A stretch of DNA of 59,861 nt, filler included. It is 6 parts of 6 records of this genome, joined end to end, with 100 filler letters (N's around TTAATTAATTAA, not from the genome) between each part and the next. Parts side by side here need not be neighbours in the genome. Positions count along the whole stretch, not along the records: positions 1 to 6,317 come from SRR31156797_6741; positions 6,418 to 24,246 come from SRR31156797_6744; 4 more parts are not named here. One strand, given 5' to 3'. The translations under genes were made by a program, and so were the position numbers. Position 1 is the first letter of the stretch. The number at the start of each line of letters is the position of its first letter. The notes beneath the pieces are model-generated. The model searched no databases and had not been told where the DNA came from. It was given only the letters and a program-made list of their open reading frames with translations. Positions 1 to 10,573 of this stretch are shown here, one piece after another.

Positions 1-79
1 ACTTTTTTATCAAGGAAAAAGTAAAGGTCTATGGTTTAGATAAGAATAAATAATAATACTTAATATAAGGAGTTAAATA

Positions 80-853
80 ATGAGTAGAATAAAAACAGTA
101 TTCGATAAATTAAAAAGTGAAAATAAAAAAGCTCTAATTACTTTCGTTACAGCAGGTGACCCAAGTATAGAAGCTACAGAACAGATTATATACGCAAAGG
201 CTAAAGCTGGAGCTGATATTATAGAGTTAGGGATTCCGTTCTCTGACCCCCCTGCTGATGGGCCTGTTATTCAGGCAGCATCAAAGAGAGCTCTTGATAA
301 CGGTGTTAAAATCAAGCATATTTTTGAAATGGTAAAAAAAGTAAGACAAAATATTGAAACACCACTTGTTTACATGGTTTACTACAATATGATTCTAGCT
401 TATGGTGCTGCGAAGTTTATAGATGAGTGTATCAAAAATGGTATTGATGGTTTAATCATCCCTGACTTACCTCTGGAAGAAAGACATGAAATAGCTGTTC
501 ATATGCCTGAAGAGCTTGATCTTATTCCATTAGTTGCTCCAAACTCTGGGGACAGAATTCCAGCAATTGTTGCTGACGGACAAGGATTTGTATACTGTGT
601 ATCTTCAATGGGAGTAACTGGTACTAGAGAAACTTTCCAAGCTGATATTAGTGATTATATGGCCGCTGTTAGAAAAGCGACTGATCTGCCTTTAGCTGTT
701 GGATTTGGAATCTCTAATAGAGCTGATGTTGAGAAATTTGAGGAGTTTGCTGACGGTATCATTGTCGGATCTGCAATAGTTAAAATTGTAGGAAGCTCAA
801 ACGGATCAGCTGAAGCTGTTGCTGAAAAAGTAAGAGAGCTAAAAGGAAACTAA
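80..853 (+). CDS. trpA: Tryptophan synthase alpha subunit
   Basis: 257 aa with ELGIPFSDPPADGPVIQ, GLIIPDLP, YCVSSMGVTG, VGFGIS and DGIIVGSA motifs; AAGGAG RBS upstream. Confidence 0.97.
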   Translation: MSRIKTVFDKLKSENKKALITFVTAGDPSIEATEQIIYAKAKAGADIIELGIPFSDPPADGPVIQAASKRALDNGVKIKHIFEMVKKVRQNIETPLVYMVYYNMILAYGAAKFIDECIKNGIDGLIIPDLPLEERHEIAVHMPEELDLIPLVAPNSGDRIPAIVADGQGFVYCVSSMGVTGTRETFQADISDYMAAVRKATDLPLAVGFGISNRADVEKFEEFADGIIVGSAIVKIVGSSNGSAEAVAEKVRELKGN

Positions 854-868
854 TAACTTTCTGGTTAA

Positions 869-906
869 TATAAAAAACTCGGTGTAGAATCACCGAGTTT
901 TTTATA
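869..906. terminator. Bidirectional rho-independent terminator between convergent trpA and GGDEF gene
   Basis: AAAAAACTCGGTG-tagaat-CACCGAGTTTTTT perfect stem flanked by A/T tracts. Confidence 0.9.
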
Positions 907-2401
907 TGTTTTGATCTTCTTTGTATTTCTCTTTCATTTTGTACATCTCTCGGTCAGCATCAGCGACCATTTTAGTCATATCTTTATTAGCCATATCATC
1001 AGCTGAATTTCCATCAAAAGTTGAAAAACCATAACTTAGCGAATACTCATATTCTTGCTCACCTTTGTTTAATTCAGCTAAACCATCAATCAATCTGCTT
1101 ATAACCAATTCGGCTGCTTGATTTCCTGATTCAGGGAAAATTACTAAAAACTCATCTCCCCCAAGTCTGCATGCAATATCTGCATCTCTGATTGAAAATT
1201 GAATTAACTCTGATATTTTAACTATGTATTCGTCGCCGGCTTCATGCCCTATTGTATCATTTACTTGTTTCAGACCATTTAAATCAATAAAACAAATTGT
1301 AAATACTCTATGATATCTTCTGGATAAAGAGTGCTGCTTTTTCAACATCTCTAGTCCGGTTCTTCTATTATACATCTTTGTCATATCATCAATTGTCGCT
1401 TGATATCTAAGTAATTCTTCAAACTGCTTTTGATCAGTAAGATCAATTCCGGCACTTAATATCCCTTCGATATTTCCGTTTACATCTTTTATCAAAGAGT
1501 TATTCCAACCGACTATTATTTCAGTTCCATCTTTTTTGACAACCTCATTTTCATAATACTCCAGATCAACAACCTCGCCATTTAATATATCTTCAAATAC
1601 ATCTGCTACTCTTGCTCTTATTTTTTCCGGTAAAAAATGAAGCCAATTCTGGCCTAAAATCTCCTGTTTAGAATAACCCAGAATATTTGCACCCATCTCA
1701 TTTATCATTGTAACTTTTCCATCGATATTCTGAATAAGAAATATCATTTTGGCTGTATCAAGATACAGTCCCAGCTTATCATGAAGTTCCAGAAGTTCCG
1801 CTTCCAAGTGTTTCTGCTGAGTCATATCAAAGAAACTTCCTATCAAGCCTTCAACCACACCATTCGGATCTTTTATTAATTTAGTATCTTTCTTAATAAA
1901 TTTTGTCTTTTTATCAGTTGTATTTATTAAATATTCCCTACAAACTAAATCTCTACCTTGATACACGGTATCTCCGGGAAGACTGCACTGTGCACCAAAA
2001 ACCTTTTTGGCAATTTCAAGATAATTCTTGCCCAAAATTTCATCTTTACGATATCCGGTGATCTTTTCAGCCTGTGTATTCCACGTAGTCATTACATAGT
2101 CTTTGTTTGTAACGAACATCCCTGCAGGTACTATTTCATTGATATTATCCGAATAATCTTTTTCAAGCTGAAGCTCATCATTTTTTTTATTTAGTTCATT
2201 TACTAACTTCTTATGTCTTTTAACATCAATTAATGTCCCCAAAAAAGATACAAGAAAAGCAATAAAATAAAGAAAACCTATTTCATTTAACTCCAGCGGA
2301 ACTTTTGCAAAAAAATTAAAAGTTCCAATAATAATCGTCATAAAAACAACTGATAATATTGCATTCAATATTAAAGTATTTTTAGTAAACATCATAATCA
2401 C
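902..2401 (-). CDS. Membrane-anchored PAS-PAS diguanylate cyclase
   Basis: Two N-terminal hydrophobic helices, two PAS/PAC repeats (WNTQAEKITGY; INEMGANILGY), FIDLNGLKQVNDTIGHEAGD and RLGGDEF; RxxD I-site (RDAD) present. Confidence 0.92.
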   Translation of the reverse strand: MIMMFTKNTLILNAILSVVFMTIIIGTFNFFAKVPLELNEIGFLYFIAFLVSFLGTLIDVKRHKKLVNELNKKNDELQLEKDYSDNINEIVPAGMFVTNKDYVMTTWNTQAEKITGYRKDEILGKNYLEIAKKVFGAQCSLPGDTVYQGRDLVCREYLINTTDKKTKFIKKDTKLIKDPNGVVEGLIGSFFDMTQQKHLEAELLELHDKLGLYLDTAKMIFLIQNIDGKVTMINEMGANILGYSKQEILGQNWLHFLPEKIRARVADVFEDILNGEVVDLEYYENEVVKKDGTEIIVGWNNSLIKDVNGNIEGILSAGIDLTDQKQFEELLRYQATIDDMTKMYNRRTGLEMLKKQHSLSRRYHRVFTICFIDLNGLKQVNDTIGHEAGDEYIVKISELIQFSIRDADIACRLGGDEFLVIFPESGNQAAELVISRLIDGLAELNKGEQEYEYSLSYGFSTFDGNSADDMANKDMTKMVADADREMYKMKEKYKEDQNI

Positions 2402-2640
2402 AACCCTACTTCATAATGATTTCATCAAATGTTTTTAGAGCTTATTTGGCTCTACTATTAGTATAACCTTGTTTGCTATGAATTTCAAACACTGTAAAAA
2501 ACTAGTTAACTTTAAACGGAAACTTTGTGCATTACTATGTGTTCATATATATATCTTTTTCGTTTCATAAACTTATTTTACTTATTAATATTATAAAATA
2601 TTTTTTGAAAAAAAAAATATTTTTTTAATATTTTCTAATA

Positions 2641-2675
2641 AAATAAAAGAAGCCGCTCAAATTAATAGAGCGGCC
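2641..2675 (-). terminator. Rho-independent terminator of the leu operon
   Basis: Minus strand GCCGCTC-tattaattt-GAGCGGC followed by TTCTTTTATTT, just after the leuB stop. Confidence 0.85.
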
Positions 2676-2687
2676 ATAATTTAATTA

Positions 2688-3761
2688 TTAGATTGCTTTC
2701 GTAACTAAATCTCCCATTTCAACTGTTCCAACCTGAGTCATTCCTTCACTCATGATGTCCCCAGTTCTGTATCCGTCTGCTAGAACTTTATTTACTGCTG
2801 CTTCGATATCATTTGCAGCATCTTCCATTCCAAAGCTGTATCTAAGCATCATCGCACCAGATAAGATCTGTGCAATTGGATTAGAGATGTTTTGTCCTGC
2901 GATATCAGGTGCAGATCCATGAACCGGCTCATACATTCCGAATGAGTCGTCTCTAAGAGATGCTGATGCAAGCATTCCGATTGATCCAGTGATCATAGAA
3001 GCCTCATCTGATAAGATATCTCCGAACATATTTCCAGTTACGATAGTATCAAATTGACCCGGATCTCTTACTAGTTGCATAGCCGCATTATCTACATACA
3101 TGTGAGATAATTCAACTTCAGGGTATTCAGGAGCAACAGCTACTACAGCTTCTCTCCATACTCTTGATACTTCTAATACGTTAGCTTTATCTACTGAACA
3201 TAATTTTTTGTTTCTTTTCATAGCAGTTTCAAATGCTACTCTTGCGATTCTTTTTACTTCATCTACAGGGTATTCCATTACGTCATATCCTGCTAATTTT
3301 TCGCCTTCACCTTTTCTACCTTTTTCACCGAAATAGATTCCACCAGTAAGTTCTCTAACTACCATTAAATCAATTCCTTTATCAACGATAGAGTTTTTAA
3401 GAGGTGACGCTTCTTTTAACTGTTCAAATACAGCCGCTGGTCTAAGGTTACAGAATAATCCTAACCCTTCTCTAAGTCCTAAAAGAGCTCTCTCAGGTCT
3501 TTGATCTCCAGGAAGTGTATCCCATTTCCATCCACCGATAGCTCCAAGGAATACAGCATCAGCTTTTTCACATCCTTTAAGAGTTGCTTCAGTTAATGGA
3601 GTGTTATACATATCAATTGAACATCCACCTGCTAAATAATCAGTATATACTAACTGTGTATCATATTTTGCTACTGCTTTATCTAATACTTTTCTTGCTT
3701 CTGCTACTATTTCAGGTCCGATTCCGTCACCGGCAACAACTGCTACTTTAAATTCTTTCAT
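2688..3761 (-). CDS. leuB: 3-isopropylmalate dehydrogenase
   Basis: [38 protein letters not shown] and [12 protein letters not shown] motifs; last gene of the leu cluster. Confidence 0.97.
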   Translation of the reverse strand: MKEFKVAVVAGDGIGPEIVAEARKVLDKAVAKYDTQLVYTDYLAGGCSIDMYNTPLTEATLKGCEKADAVFLGAIGGWKWDTLPGDQRPERALLGLREGLGLFCNLRPAAVFEQLKEASPLKNSIVDKGIDLMVVRELTGGIYFGEKGRKGEGEKLAGYDVMEYPVDEVKRIARVAFETAMKRNKKLCSVDKANVLEVSRVWREAVVAVAPEYPEVELSHMYVDNAAMQLVRDPGQFDTIVTGNMFGDILSDEASMITGSIGMLASASLRDDSFGMYEPVHGSAPDIAGQNISNPIAQILSGAMMLRYSFGMEDAANDIEAAVNKVLADGYRTGDIMSEGMTQVGTVEMGDLVTKAI

Positions 3762-3822
3762 GATGCCTCCTAAATTGTTTTTTTAGATTCAATAATTTGA
3801 TTTATTTCACGATGTTTATATT

Positions 3823-3882
3823 TTGTAGGGGCGGGGTCTTCCCGCCCAATTTTATCTGGGCAGGAGAACCCTGCCCCTACAA
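3823..3882. repeat. GTAG-family REP doublet (REPIN-like inverted pair)
   Basis: TTGTAGGGGCGGGGTCTTCCCGCCCA-attttatc-TGGGCAGGAGAACCCTGCCCCTACAA: two inverted imperfect palindromes each starting GTAG; GC-rich island in an AT-rich leuD-leuB spacer. Confidence 0.8.
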
Positions 3883-3909
3883 TTCTATATTTTTTTAACT
3901 ATTTTTTAA

Positions 3910-4401
3910 TTAAAATGATCCATCTTTAACTGCATTTACCAGACCTTCTCTTTTGATTAAGTCTAATACAAATTCAGGGAATGGTTCTGCTTGATATTCT
4001 TTTCCTGTTGTTACATTTTTGATTTTACCAGCTACGAAATCAACTTCAATTTCATCTCCGTTTGAAATTCCTGCTACTGCTTCAGGACACTCAAGAATTG
4101 CTAATCCAATATTGATTGAATTTCTATAGAAAATTCTAGCAAAACTATTCGCGATTACACATGAAATTCCTGCTGCTTTGATTGCGATAGGTGCATGTTC
4201 TCTTGAAGAACCGCATCCGAAGTTATCTCCTGCAACCATTACATCTCCATTATTAATTTTACTTAAGAAATCTTTATCTAAATCTTCCATACAGTGAGCT
4301 GCTAAGTGAGCAGGGTCTGTAGAGTTTAAGTATCTTGCTGGTATAATTACATCTGTATCTATATGATCTCCATATTTAATTACTGTTCCTTTTGCTAACA
4401 T
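3910..4401 (-). CDS. leuD: 3-isopropylmalate dehydratase small subunit (short clostridial/archaeal type)
   Basis: [23 protein letters not shown] and SFARIFYRN motifs; between leuC and leuB. Confidence 0.95.
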   Translation of the reverse strand: MLAKGTVIKYGDHIDTDVIIPARYLNSTDPAHLAAHCMEDLDKDFLSKINNGDVMVAGDNFGCGSSREHAPIAIKAAGISCVIANSFARIFYRNSINIGLAILECPEAVAGISNGDEIEVDFVAGKIKNVTTGKEYQAEPFPEFVLDLIKREGLVNAVKDGSF

Positions 4402-5661
4402 TTACTTTACCTCCTCAGGTTGTACGATTTTTCCTGCTACTGCTGATGCTGCTGCTACTGCTGGACTTGCTAAATATACTTCTGATTCAGGGTCACCCAT
4501 TCTTCCAACGAAATTTCTGTTAGTTGTTGCAACAGATCTTTCTCCTTTGGCTAAGATACCCATATGTCCTCCTAGACAAGGTCCACAAGTTGATGTACTA
4601 AATACACATCCTGCTTCGATGAAAGTTTTAACTAAACCTTCTTCCATAGCTTGTAATTGTATCTTTTGAGTTCCAGGGAAAACGATTGTTCTTACAGCAA
4701 CTTTTTTACCTTTTAAAATTTCTGCTGCTACTCTCAAATCTTCCATTCTTCCATTTGTACATGATCCGATAACTACTTGATCAATTACAACATCTTCTTT
4801 TATTTCATCAACAGTTTTTGTATTCTCTGGTAAGTGAGGGAATGCAACTGTTGGCCTAATTGTACTTAAATCAATATCATAAACTTCTGAGTATTCTGCA
4901 TCTTCATCTGCTACATATATAACAGGTTCTCTATCCGTTCTTCCTTTCATATACTCAAGAGTTTTTTCATCAACTGGGAATATTCCGTTCTTTCCACCAG
5001 CTTCAATTGCCATATTTGCAATTGTAAATCTTCCGTCCATAGTTAGTTCTTTTACGCCTTCTCCAGAAAATTCCATAGATTTATATAATGCTCCATCTAC
5101 ACCTATCATTCCAATAATATGTAAAATTACATCTTTTCCTGATACCCAACCTTGAAGTTTTCCAGTTAGATTAAATTTAATCGCTTCAGGAACTTTGAAC
5201 CATTCTCTACCTGTTGCCATACCAACACCCATATCCGTACTTCCTACTCCTGTAGAAAAAGCTCCAAGAGCTCCGTATGTACATGTATGTGAATCTGCTC
5301 CTATAACTACATCTCCAGGAACAACAAGTCCTTTTTCCGGAAGTAAGCAATGCTCAATTCCCATATCTCCTATTTCAAAATAATTTTTGATTCCTTTATC
5401 TTTTGCAAAATCTCTCATTTTTTTAGATAATTCTGCTGATTTAATATCCTTAGCAGGTTGAAAGTGGTCAGGAACAAGTGCTATTTTATTTTTATCAAAT
5501 ACTTCTGTTTTACCAGTGTTATTGAAAGAATCAATTCCAACTGGTGTTGTGATATCATTTCCTAATACCAGGTCTAAATTAACTTTGATTAATTGTCCTG
5601 CTTTTACTTCTTCTAATCCCGCGTGTGCTGCTAAGATTTTTTGAGTCATTGTCATTCCCAT
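4402..5661 (-). CDS. leuC: 3-isopropylmalate dehydratase large subunit
   Basis: [27 protein letters not shown] and [11 protein letters not shown] aconitase-family Fe-S motifs; operon context. Confidence 0.95.
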   Translation of the reverse strand: MGMTMTQKILAAHAGLEEVKAGQLIKVNLDLVLGNDITTPVGIDSFNNTGKTEVFDKNKIALVPDHFQPAKDIKSAELSKKMRDFAKDKGIKNYFEIGDMGIEHCLLPEKGLVVPGDVVIGADSHTCTYGALGAFSTGVGSTDMGVGMATGREWFKVPEAIKFNLTGKLQGWVSGKDVILHIIGMIGVDGALYKSMEFSGEGVKELTMDGRFTIANMAIEAGGKNGIFPVDEKTLEYMKGRTDREPVIYVADEDAEYSEVYDIDLSTIRPTVAFPHLPENTKTVDEIKEDVVIDQVVIGSCTNGRMEDLRVAAEILKGKKVAVRTIVFPGTQKIQLQAMEEGLVKTFIEAGCVFSTSTCGPCLGGHMGILAKGERSVATTNRNFVGRMGDPESEVYLASPAVAAASAVAGKIVQPEEVK

Positions 5662-5674
5662 TAATGTTTACCTC

Positions 5675-6317
5675 CTACGATTCTTGGTCTAATTTTTTAT
5701 TTATTGCATTAATAAATGCGTTTATACTAGCTTGCATAACATCTTCATCAACCGCTTTACCTACGATAGCTCCCAGGGCAGATTCAATCTTAACAGTCGC
5801 TTCTCCCAGGGCATTCTTTTGGTCAGTTACTGATCTGATACCATATTCTTTTAATTTTACAGTATATCCTGTAGCTCTTTCTACTGCTTTGAACATAGCA
5901 TCAACTGATCCGTCACCAATTGCTACTTCAGAGATAATTGCTTCATCTCCCTCTTTAGTTAACTCAACCATTGCTGTAGATGTCATATTATTCCCACTGT
6001 TAAGTTGGAATTTTATTAATTTATATGTTTCATTAAATAGTTTCTTATTATTTACTATTGCTTCGATATCTTTTGCTGTGATATCTTTTTTCTTGTCTGT
6101 AAGTGCCTTGAAGTTAACAAATGCTTCTTGGAATTCCTCTTTATCTAAAGTAATTCCCATCTCTGCAAGAGTTGCTTCAAATGCATGTCTTCCAGAATGC
6201 TTACCTAATACTAAGTTAGATTTTTGCTTAAGTCCTACAGATTCTGGTGTCATAATTTCATAAGTCTCTTTGTTTTTAAGAACACCATCTTGGTGAATTC
6301 CTGATTCATGTGCAAAT
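5675..6317 (-). CDS. leuA: 2-isopropylmalate synthase, C-terminal part (truncated by contig end)
   Basis: Frame reads FAHESGIHQDGVLK...YEIMTPESVG...LVLGKHSGRHA, then the regulatory domain (GDGSVDA). Confidence 0.93.
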
Positions 6318-6417
6318 NNNNNNNNNNNNNNNNNNNNNNNNNNNNNNNNNNNNNNNNNNNNTTAATTAATTAANNNNNNNNNNNNNNNNNNNNNNNNNNN
6401 NNNNNNNNNNNNNNNNN
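6318..6417. other. Artificial contig spacer
   Basis: 100 bp: N-run + TTAATTAATTAA (stops in all six frames) + N-run. Confidence 0.99.
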
Positions 6418-6513
6418 TTCATATTTTAAAGCAAATTTTACTTTATCGGCACTCTGTACTGCTCATAATAAATAATTATACTTAGTAATAACCTTTTGTT
6501 ATTTAGTTTTTAA

Positions 6514-9500
6514 TTATTTGGATTTATCTCTTACAAGTATGCTATATAAAACAGGTATCAGCAGTAATGTAATAATTGTCGAGAACAAAAGCCCTGAGCC
6601 AATAGCAATCGCCATAGGAGCAAATAATTCAGAACCTGATACCATTAATGGTACTAGTCCGATAATCGTAGTAAGCGTGGTCAGCAATATAGGTCTTATC
6701 CTCCTTTTGGTACCTATTATAGTTGCTTCATTAACCGTTAATCCATCACGCCTTTTATTGTTTATGCTATCAATTAGTAATATTGCATTATTTACTACAA
6801 TACCCATCAGACTGACAGTACCAAATAAAGCTGTGAAAGAGAGAGGATAACCTGTTACATACAGTCCATAAATAGCTCCTGATGCTGCTAATGGTATGGA
6901 CATTATAATTATTGCTGTTTGTCTGAAAGAATTAAATTGTATTACAATAATAAGTACTATAAGAAAAGCCGCAAACAATGCCATCATGCCAACATCAGAA
7001 AAATTGTCTATGATACTTTGCTGCTCTCCGGAATACTGCCACTTGATTGAGTTAAATAAATCTTCATTAATAGAATTTCTGAATTCCTCCATAATATCAC
7101 CGCTGGAATAACCGCTTTTTACATTTGTAAGAACAGTTATGGCATATTTACCGTCATATCTTGTGATGGATGACTTATTTGATGATGTATGTATCTGTGC
7201 TATTTCAGATAGTTTGACTGCTTTCCCTTCTGCATTATGTCCTACTATTAATTCCATCAAATCGTCATAATCCATTTCATAGTCAATTATTTTTATCGGA
7301 ATCTGGTCATCACCATCTCGAATAGCTGCTGCTTCATACCCATTAATCGCAAAGTTAACCTCTGTCTGCACAAGAGATAATACCAGATTATTCATTGTTA
7401 ACGCCGACATATTATATTCAATATCATACTGATTTATCGAATCTGCTTCATCATCTCGTATGTATGTTACACCATCTATCTTATTAAGAATATCAATTGT
7501 ATATTCCTTTGCATCATACAAATCATCAAGAGAATCACTAGTCACTTGTATTGAAATAGGAGCTAAAATCGGTTCACTTAACTGAAGCTCCATTACTTCG
7601 ATTTTTAATGGATCATCAATGTTATTCAAAATTCTCTGTAGATACTCAGCATACTCTGTATTACTTATATATTCTTCATCTAGTTCAACCTGCACAATAA
7701 ACTGCCCAAAATCTGGTGAAGCAAAAAATGGACGCATAGTATCCCAGAATCTAGGTGCACCATTGCCTACGCTCATTAAATAGTGGCTGATATTATCCTG
7801 CTTAGCTATTTCTTCCTCAATCAGGAGCATTTTTTCCTTTGTATTTTCAATATCATTACCTTCCTTATTTGTTACATTTATATATAAAATGTCTTTGTCT
7901 GCTTTGGGGAAAAATGACAAACCGATATCAGTAAATACAACTGCTGCAAATACAGCAAGTATTACAACAGCTATAATTACCAGTACCTTTTTCTTTAGCA
8001 GCCATCCTACACTCTTACCAGCAAAATTAATAAATCTTCCCTTTCTAGTTTTTTTGTCAAGTTTATTAAAAATAATATAAGCAAGGCAAGGCATCAATGT
8101 AACTGAAACGATGTAAGATGAACTAAGCGCTATAATCAGTACCTGCGGTACACTTTTAATATAATCGCCAGCTATTGATGGTATAAACAAAAGCGGGCTA
8201 AACGCAGCAATAGTTGTAATGGTAGATGTCAGTACAGGAATAGCCACTTCCTTTGTTCCATCAATAACTGCTGTGAATCTATCGTCCCCTTCTTCAATTC
8301 TTCTTTTCATTGATTCTGTTATAACTATTGCATTATCTACAAGCATACCTATTGCTATAATAAGAGCAGCAATTGATATCTGGTGGAGTTTTATCTCCAT
8401 AATCTTCATAATAGCCAATGTCATCATAACCGAAGTCGGCAGAGAAACAGATACAATAATTGCATTTCTATACCCCATACTAAAGAAAGAAATTAGTATA
8501 ACCAGTCCAATACCTATTAGCAAATTAACGAAGAATTCGTCATTTGACTCTTTTACATCATCTGGATAGTATACTATTTCACTTAATTCATATTCATCTG
8601 AATAGTCAGATACAATATCATTAATATCAGTTTTTAAACTCTCAGCAAAGTCTGTCTGGTCGATGTTTTCTTCAAAATAACCATATATTAGAACTCCCTG
8701 TTTCCCATCATATTTTGTATAAACAGTATCAATATTTTCTTTTGAAATACTAGCAAAATCATTAACTGTTATAGGTGTACCTGTAGCTGGATTTACTCCT
8801 ACTATCAAATTCTCTACATCAGATTGAGAATTTAGAGATGACAAACTTTGAACGGATGTAGAGTCCTCATCATTTAGTGTACCTCCCGGCAGTCTGCTGT
8901 CCATTGTGCTAATAAGACTTGCAAGATTATAACGAGTAAGGGTGAGCTTATTTATAGCATCATTATTAACTTCAACAACAATCTTAGTTTCCTGATTTCC
9001 TTGAATATATGTGGAACTGACCATTTCCAAATCAGAAATCTTATCAGCTATAAATTCTGCAGCATCTTCTAATTCCTCCATATTTTGTTCACCTTTTGGG
9101 ATAAGTGAATATATGAAACCAGTAGTAGTTAAACTCCCGGCAGTATAGCTGACAAGTTCCACATCTTCAGGCATACTTAGCATAAAGTCATCTGCTGTAG
9201 TTCTTGCTTCGTTAAAAGTCTCTTCTCTATCAATATCGTACGCAAACTCCATAAAATACGTACCGCCGTTATTCTTTGAATATGATGTATAATGCTTATA
9301 ACCATCTATTTGTTTCATAGACTCTTCCAGAGGACTCATCACCGTTTTTTCTACCTCACTTGCACTTGCTCCAACATAAGATATGTTCATTATTACAAAT
9401 GGAATTTCAAAATCCGGCGATTCCTGCTTTACTAATACATTATAACTAAATATACCTGTCAGTATAATCATTACAGTAACAAAGAGTGTAACCTTTCTGT

Positions 9501-9540
9501 TGTTAATTATGTGATATAGTATTCCTTTTTTCATATTCAT
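6514..9540 (-). CDS. AcrB/AcrD/AcrF-family RND transporter permease
   Basis: 1008 aa, two-fold repeated TM/extracytoplasmic layout; GMLVDNAIV, GIVVNNAILL and RIRPILLTTLTT motifs. Confidence 0.93.
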   Translation of the reverse strand: MNMKKGILYHIINNRKVTLFVTVMIILTGIFSYNVLVKQESPDFEIPFVIMNISYVGASASEVEKTVMSPLEESMKQIDGYKHYTSYSKNNGGTYFMEFAYDIDREETFNEARTTADDFMLSMPEDVELVSYTAGSLTTTGFIYSLIPKGEQNMEELEDAAEFIADKISDLEMVSSTYIQGNQETKIVVEVNNDAINKLTLTRYNLASLISTMDSRLPGGTLNDEDSTSVQSLSSLNSQSDVENLIVGVNPATGTPITVNDFASISKENIDTVYTKYDGKQGVLIYGYFEENIDQTDFAESLKTDINDIVSDYSDEYELSEIVYYPDDVKESNDEFFVNLLIGIGLVILISFFSMGYRNAIIVSVSLPTSVMMTLAIMKIMEIKLHQISIAALIIAIGMLVDNAIVITESMKRRIEEGDDRFTAVIDGTKEVAIPVLTSTITTIAAFSPLLFIPSIAGDYIKSVPQVLIIALSSSYIVSVTLMPCLAYIIFNKLDKKTRKGRFINFAGKSVGWLLKKKVLVIIAVVILAVFAAVVFTDIGLSFFPKADKDILYINVTNKEGNDIENTKEKMLLIEEEIAKQDNISHYLMSVGNGAPRFWDTMRPFFASPDFGQFIVQVELDEEYISNTEYAEYLQRILNNIDDPLKIEVMELQLSEPILAPISIQVTSDSLDDLYDAKEYTIDILNKIDGVTYIRDDEADSINQYDIEYNMSALTMNNLVLSLVQTEVNFAINGYEAAAIRDGDDQIPIKIIDYEMDYDDLMELIVGHNAEGKAVKLSEIAQIHTSSNKSSITRYDGKYAITVLTNVKSGYSSGDIMEEFRNSINEDLFNSIKWQYSGEQQSIIDNFSDVGMMALFAAFLIVLIIVIQFNSFRQTAIIIMSIPLAASGAIYGLYVTGYPLSFTALFGTVSLMGIVVNNAILLIDSINNKRRDGLTVNEATIIGTKRRIRPILLTTLTTIIGLVPLMVSGSELFAPMAIAIGSGLLFSTIITLLLIPVLYSILVRDKSK

Positions 9541-9550
9541 CTCCTTTTAT

Positions 9551-9705
9551 GTTCATAGCTAAAATTAACTAAGTTACACATAACCACTAATATATGCTTA
9601 GTCCTAATCATTAAGTACTAGAAAATCAGCAAACCATTGACTGTCCACACCATCGCTTCATAGTTCATTCACTAACTGCAGGTTCGCTTATACTTCATAA
9701 AAGCT
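9551..9705 (-). repeat. Copy A of a ~155-nt dispersed structured element (candidate ncRNA leader or MITE-like repeat)
   Basis: About 75% identical (117/156 columns, manual alignment) to 17311-17465; ends ~4 nt before the AAGGAG RBS of the RND gene. Confidence 0.8.
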
Positions 9706-9712
9706 GTTTATT

Positions 9713-9730
9713 AGTAAACTGTTGTTCATT
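9713..9730. promoter_or_regulatory. Putative TetR operator upstream of the RND gene
   Basis: AGTAAAC-tgtt-GTTCATT imperfect palindrome; matches the palindrome at 10401-10418 in the tetR promoter. Confidence 0.6.
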
Positions 9731-9746
9731 ATTGTTCCTTAATAAT

Positions 9747-9762
9747 ACGGGCAGTTGCCCGT
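9747..9762 (-). terminator. Small hairpin, possible terminator after tetR
   Basis: ACGGGCA-gt-TGCCCGT inverted repeat 12 nt past the tetR stop; weak U-tract. Confidence 0.5.
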
Positions 9763-9774
9763 TTACTGATCTAC

Positions 9775-10389
9775 TCAGGTATTATATACAGTCTGAAAAG
9801 CTGTATATGCTCGATTCTGAATATCTTTGTAGAACATGATAGTCATAATCTCCAGCCAACGAGTAAACTCCTTATTGTTCTCCTTTTCAATTAATAGCCT
9901 TACAATTGCATCGATATACGTACTTGAAATCAAATCAATAGTATACTTTATAGTATTTTCTGATATATTTAGTTTATTACGCTTTTTTTCGATTACTCCT
10001 TCCACTACAAAACTCTTAAAATGATCAATAATATTCTCGTACTTTGTTCCTTTTGCACCCTTTAGCATTATTATTAGTTCATCTCGGTGATTATTATGCA
10101 GATGTGATAAACTCGAAACAAGTTCTTTAGTAAAACTCTCAAATCCTACAACATCAAAATTCTCATCACTAACTCGTGTGATAATTATCATTATTTTTGA
10201 AAACACTGGATTAATTACTGCTTTGAAAATAGCATACTTATTCTTAAAATACCTATAAAGATTTCCTACTGTAATCCCAGCTTTCTCAGCAATAACTCGC
10301 ATAGTTGCTTTTTCATAGCCAAATTCCATAAATACATCTTTTGCTGAAGATAGTATACTCATTTTAATTTCATCTTTTAGAACCTGCAT
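9775..10389 (-). CDS. TetR/AcrR-family transcriptional regulator
   Basis: N-terminal HTH (GYEKATMRVIAEKAGITVGNLYRYFKNK); adjacent to the RND gene. Confidence 0.95.
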   Translation of the reverse strand: MQVLKDEIKMSILSSAKDVFMEFGYEKATMRVIAEKAGITVGNLYRYFKNKYAIFKAVINPVFSKIMIIITRVSDENFDVVGFESFTKELVSSLSHLHNNHRDELIIMLKGAKGTKYENIIDHFKSFVVEGVIEKKRNKLNISENTIKYTIDLISSTYIDAIVRLLIEKENNKEFTRWLEIMTIMFYKDIQNRAYTAFQTVYNT

Positions 10390-10400
10390 AATACCTCAAT

Positions 10401-10450
10401 AATAAACGTCTGTTTACTTTTGATTATACATAGATTACATCAAATGTCAA
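10401..10450 (-). promoter_or_regulatory. Sigma-70/SigA promoter of tetR with downstream palindromic operator
   Basis: Minus strand TTGACA (10450-10445)-N16-TATAAT (10428-10423); AATAAAC-gtct-GTTTACT palindrome at 10401-10418. Confidence 0.75.
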
Positions 10451-10504
10451 AGTATTATTTACACTTATAAATATTAAAGTTAAGTATTTACTATTAGCAT
10501 ATCA

Positions 10505-10543
10505 AAATGAGTCACTTCCTTAATAGCAGTCAGTGACTCATTT
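10505..10543 (-). terminator. Terminator closing the sugar-catabolic operon
   Basis: AAATGAGTCACT-N15-AGTGACTCATTT perfect 12-bp stem about 30 nt after the kinase stop. Confidence 0.75.
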
Positions 10544-10573
10544 ATTAATATTATTAACTTTGAGAAATCAGAA

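Noticed and set aside
1-56. Possible 3' end of trpB
   Set aside because: Only ~16 codons (FFIKEKVKVYGLDKNK*) with no diagnostic motif; plausible by position only
2560-2645. AT-rich quasi-palindromic stretch upstream of the GGDEF gene
   Set aside because: Low-complexity A/T sequence; symmetry expected by chance; no riboswitch motif seen
5625-6263. 212-aa plus-strand ORF
   Set aside because: Antisense shadow of leuA
9551-9705. Assigning the 155-nt element to a known riboswitch, T-box, CRISPR or group II intron
   Set aside because: I found no lysine/TPP/SAM/c-di-GMP/T-box consensus, no repeat-spacer periodicity and no intron domain V; left unassigned
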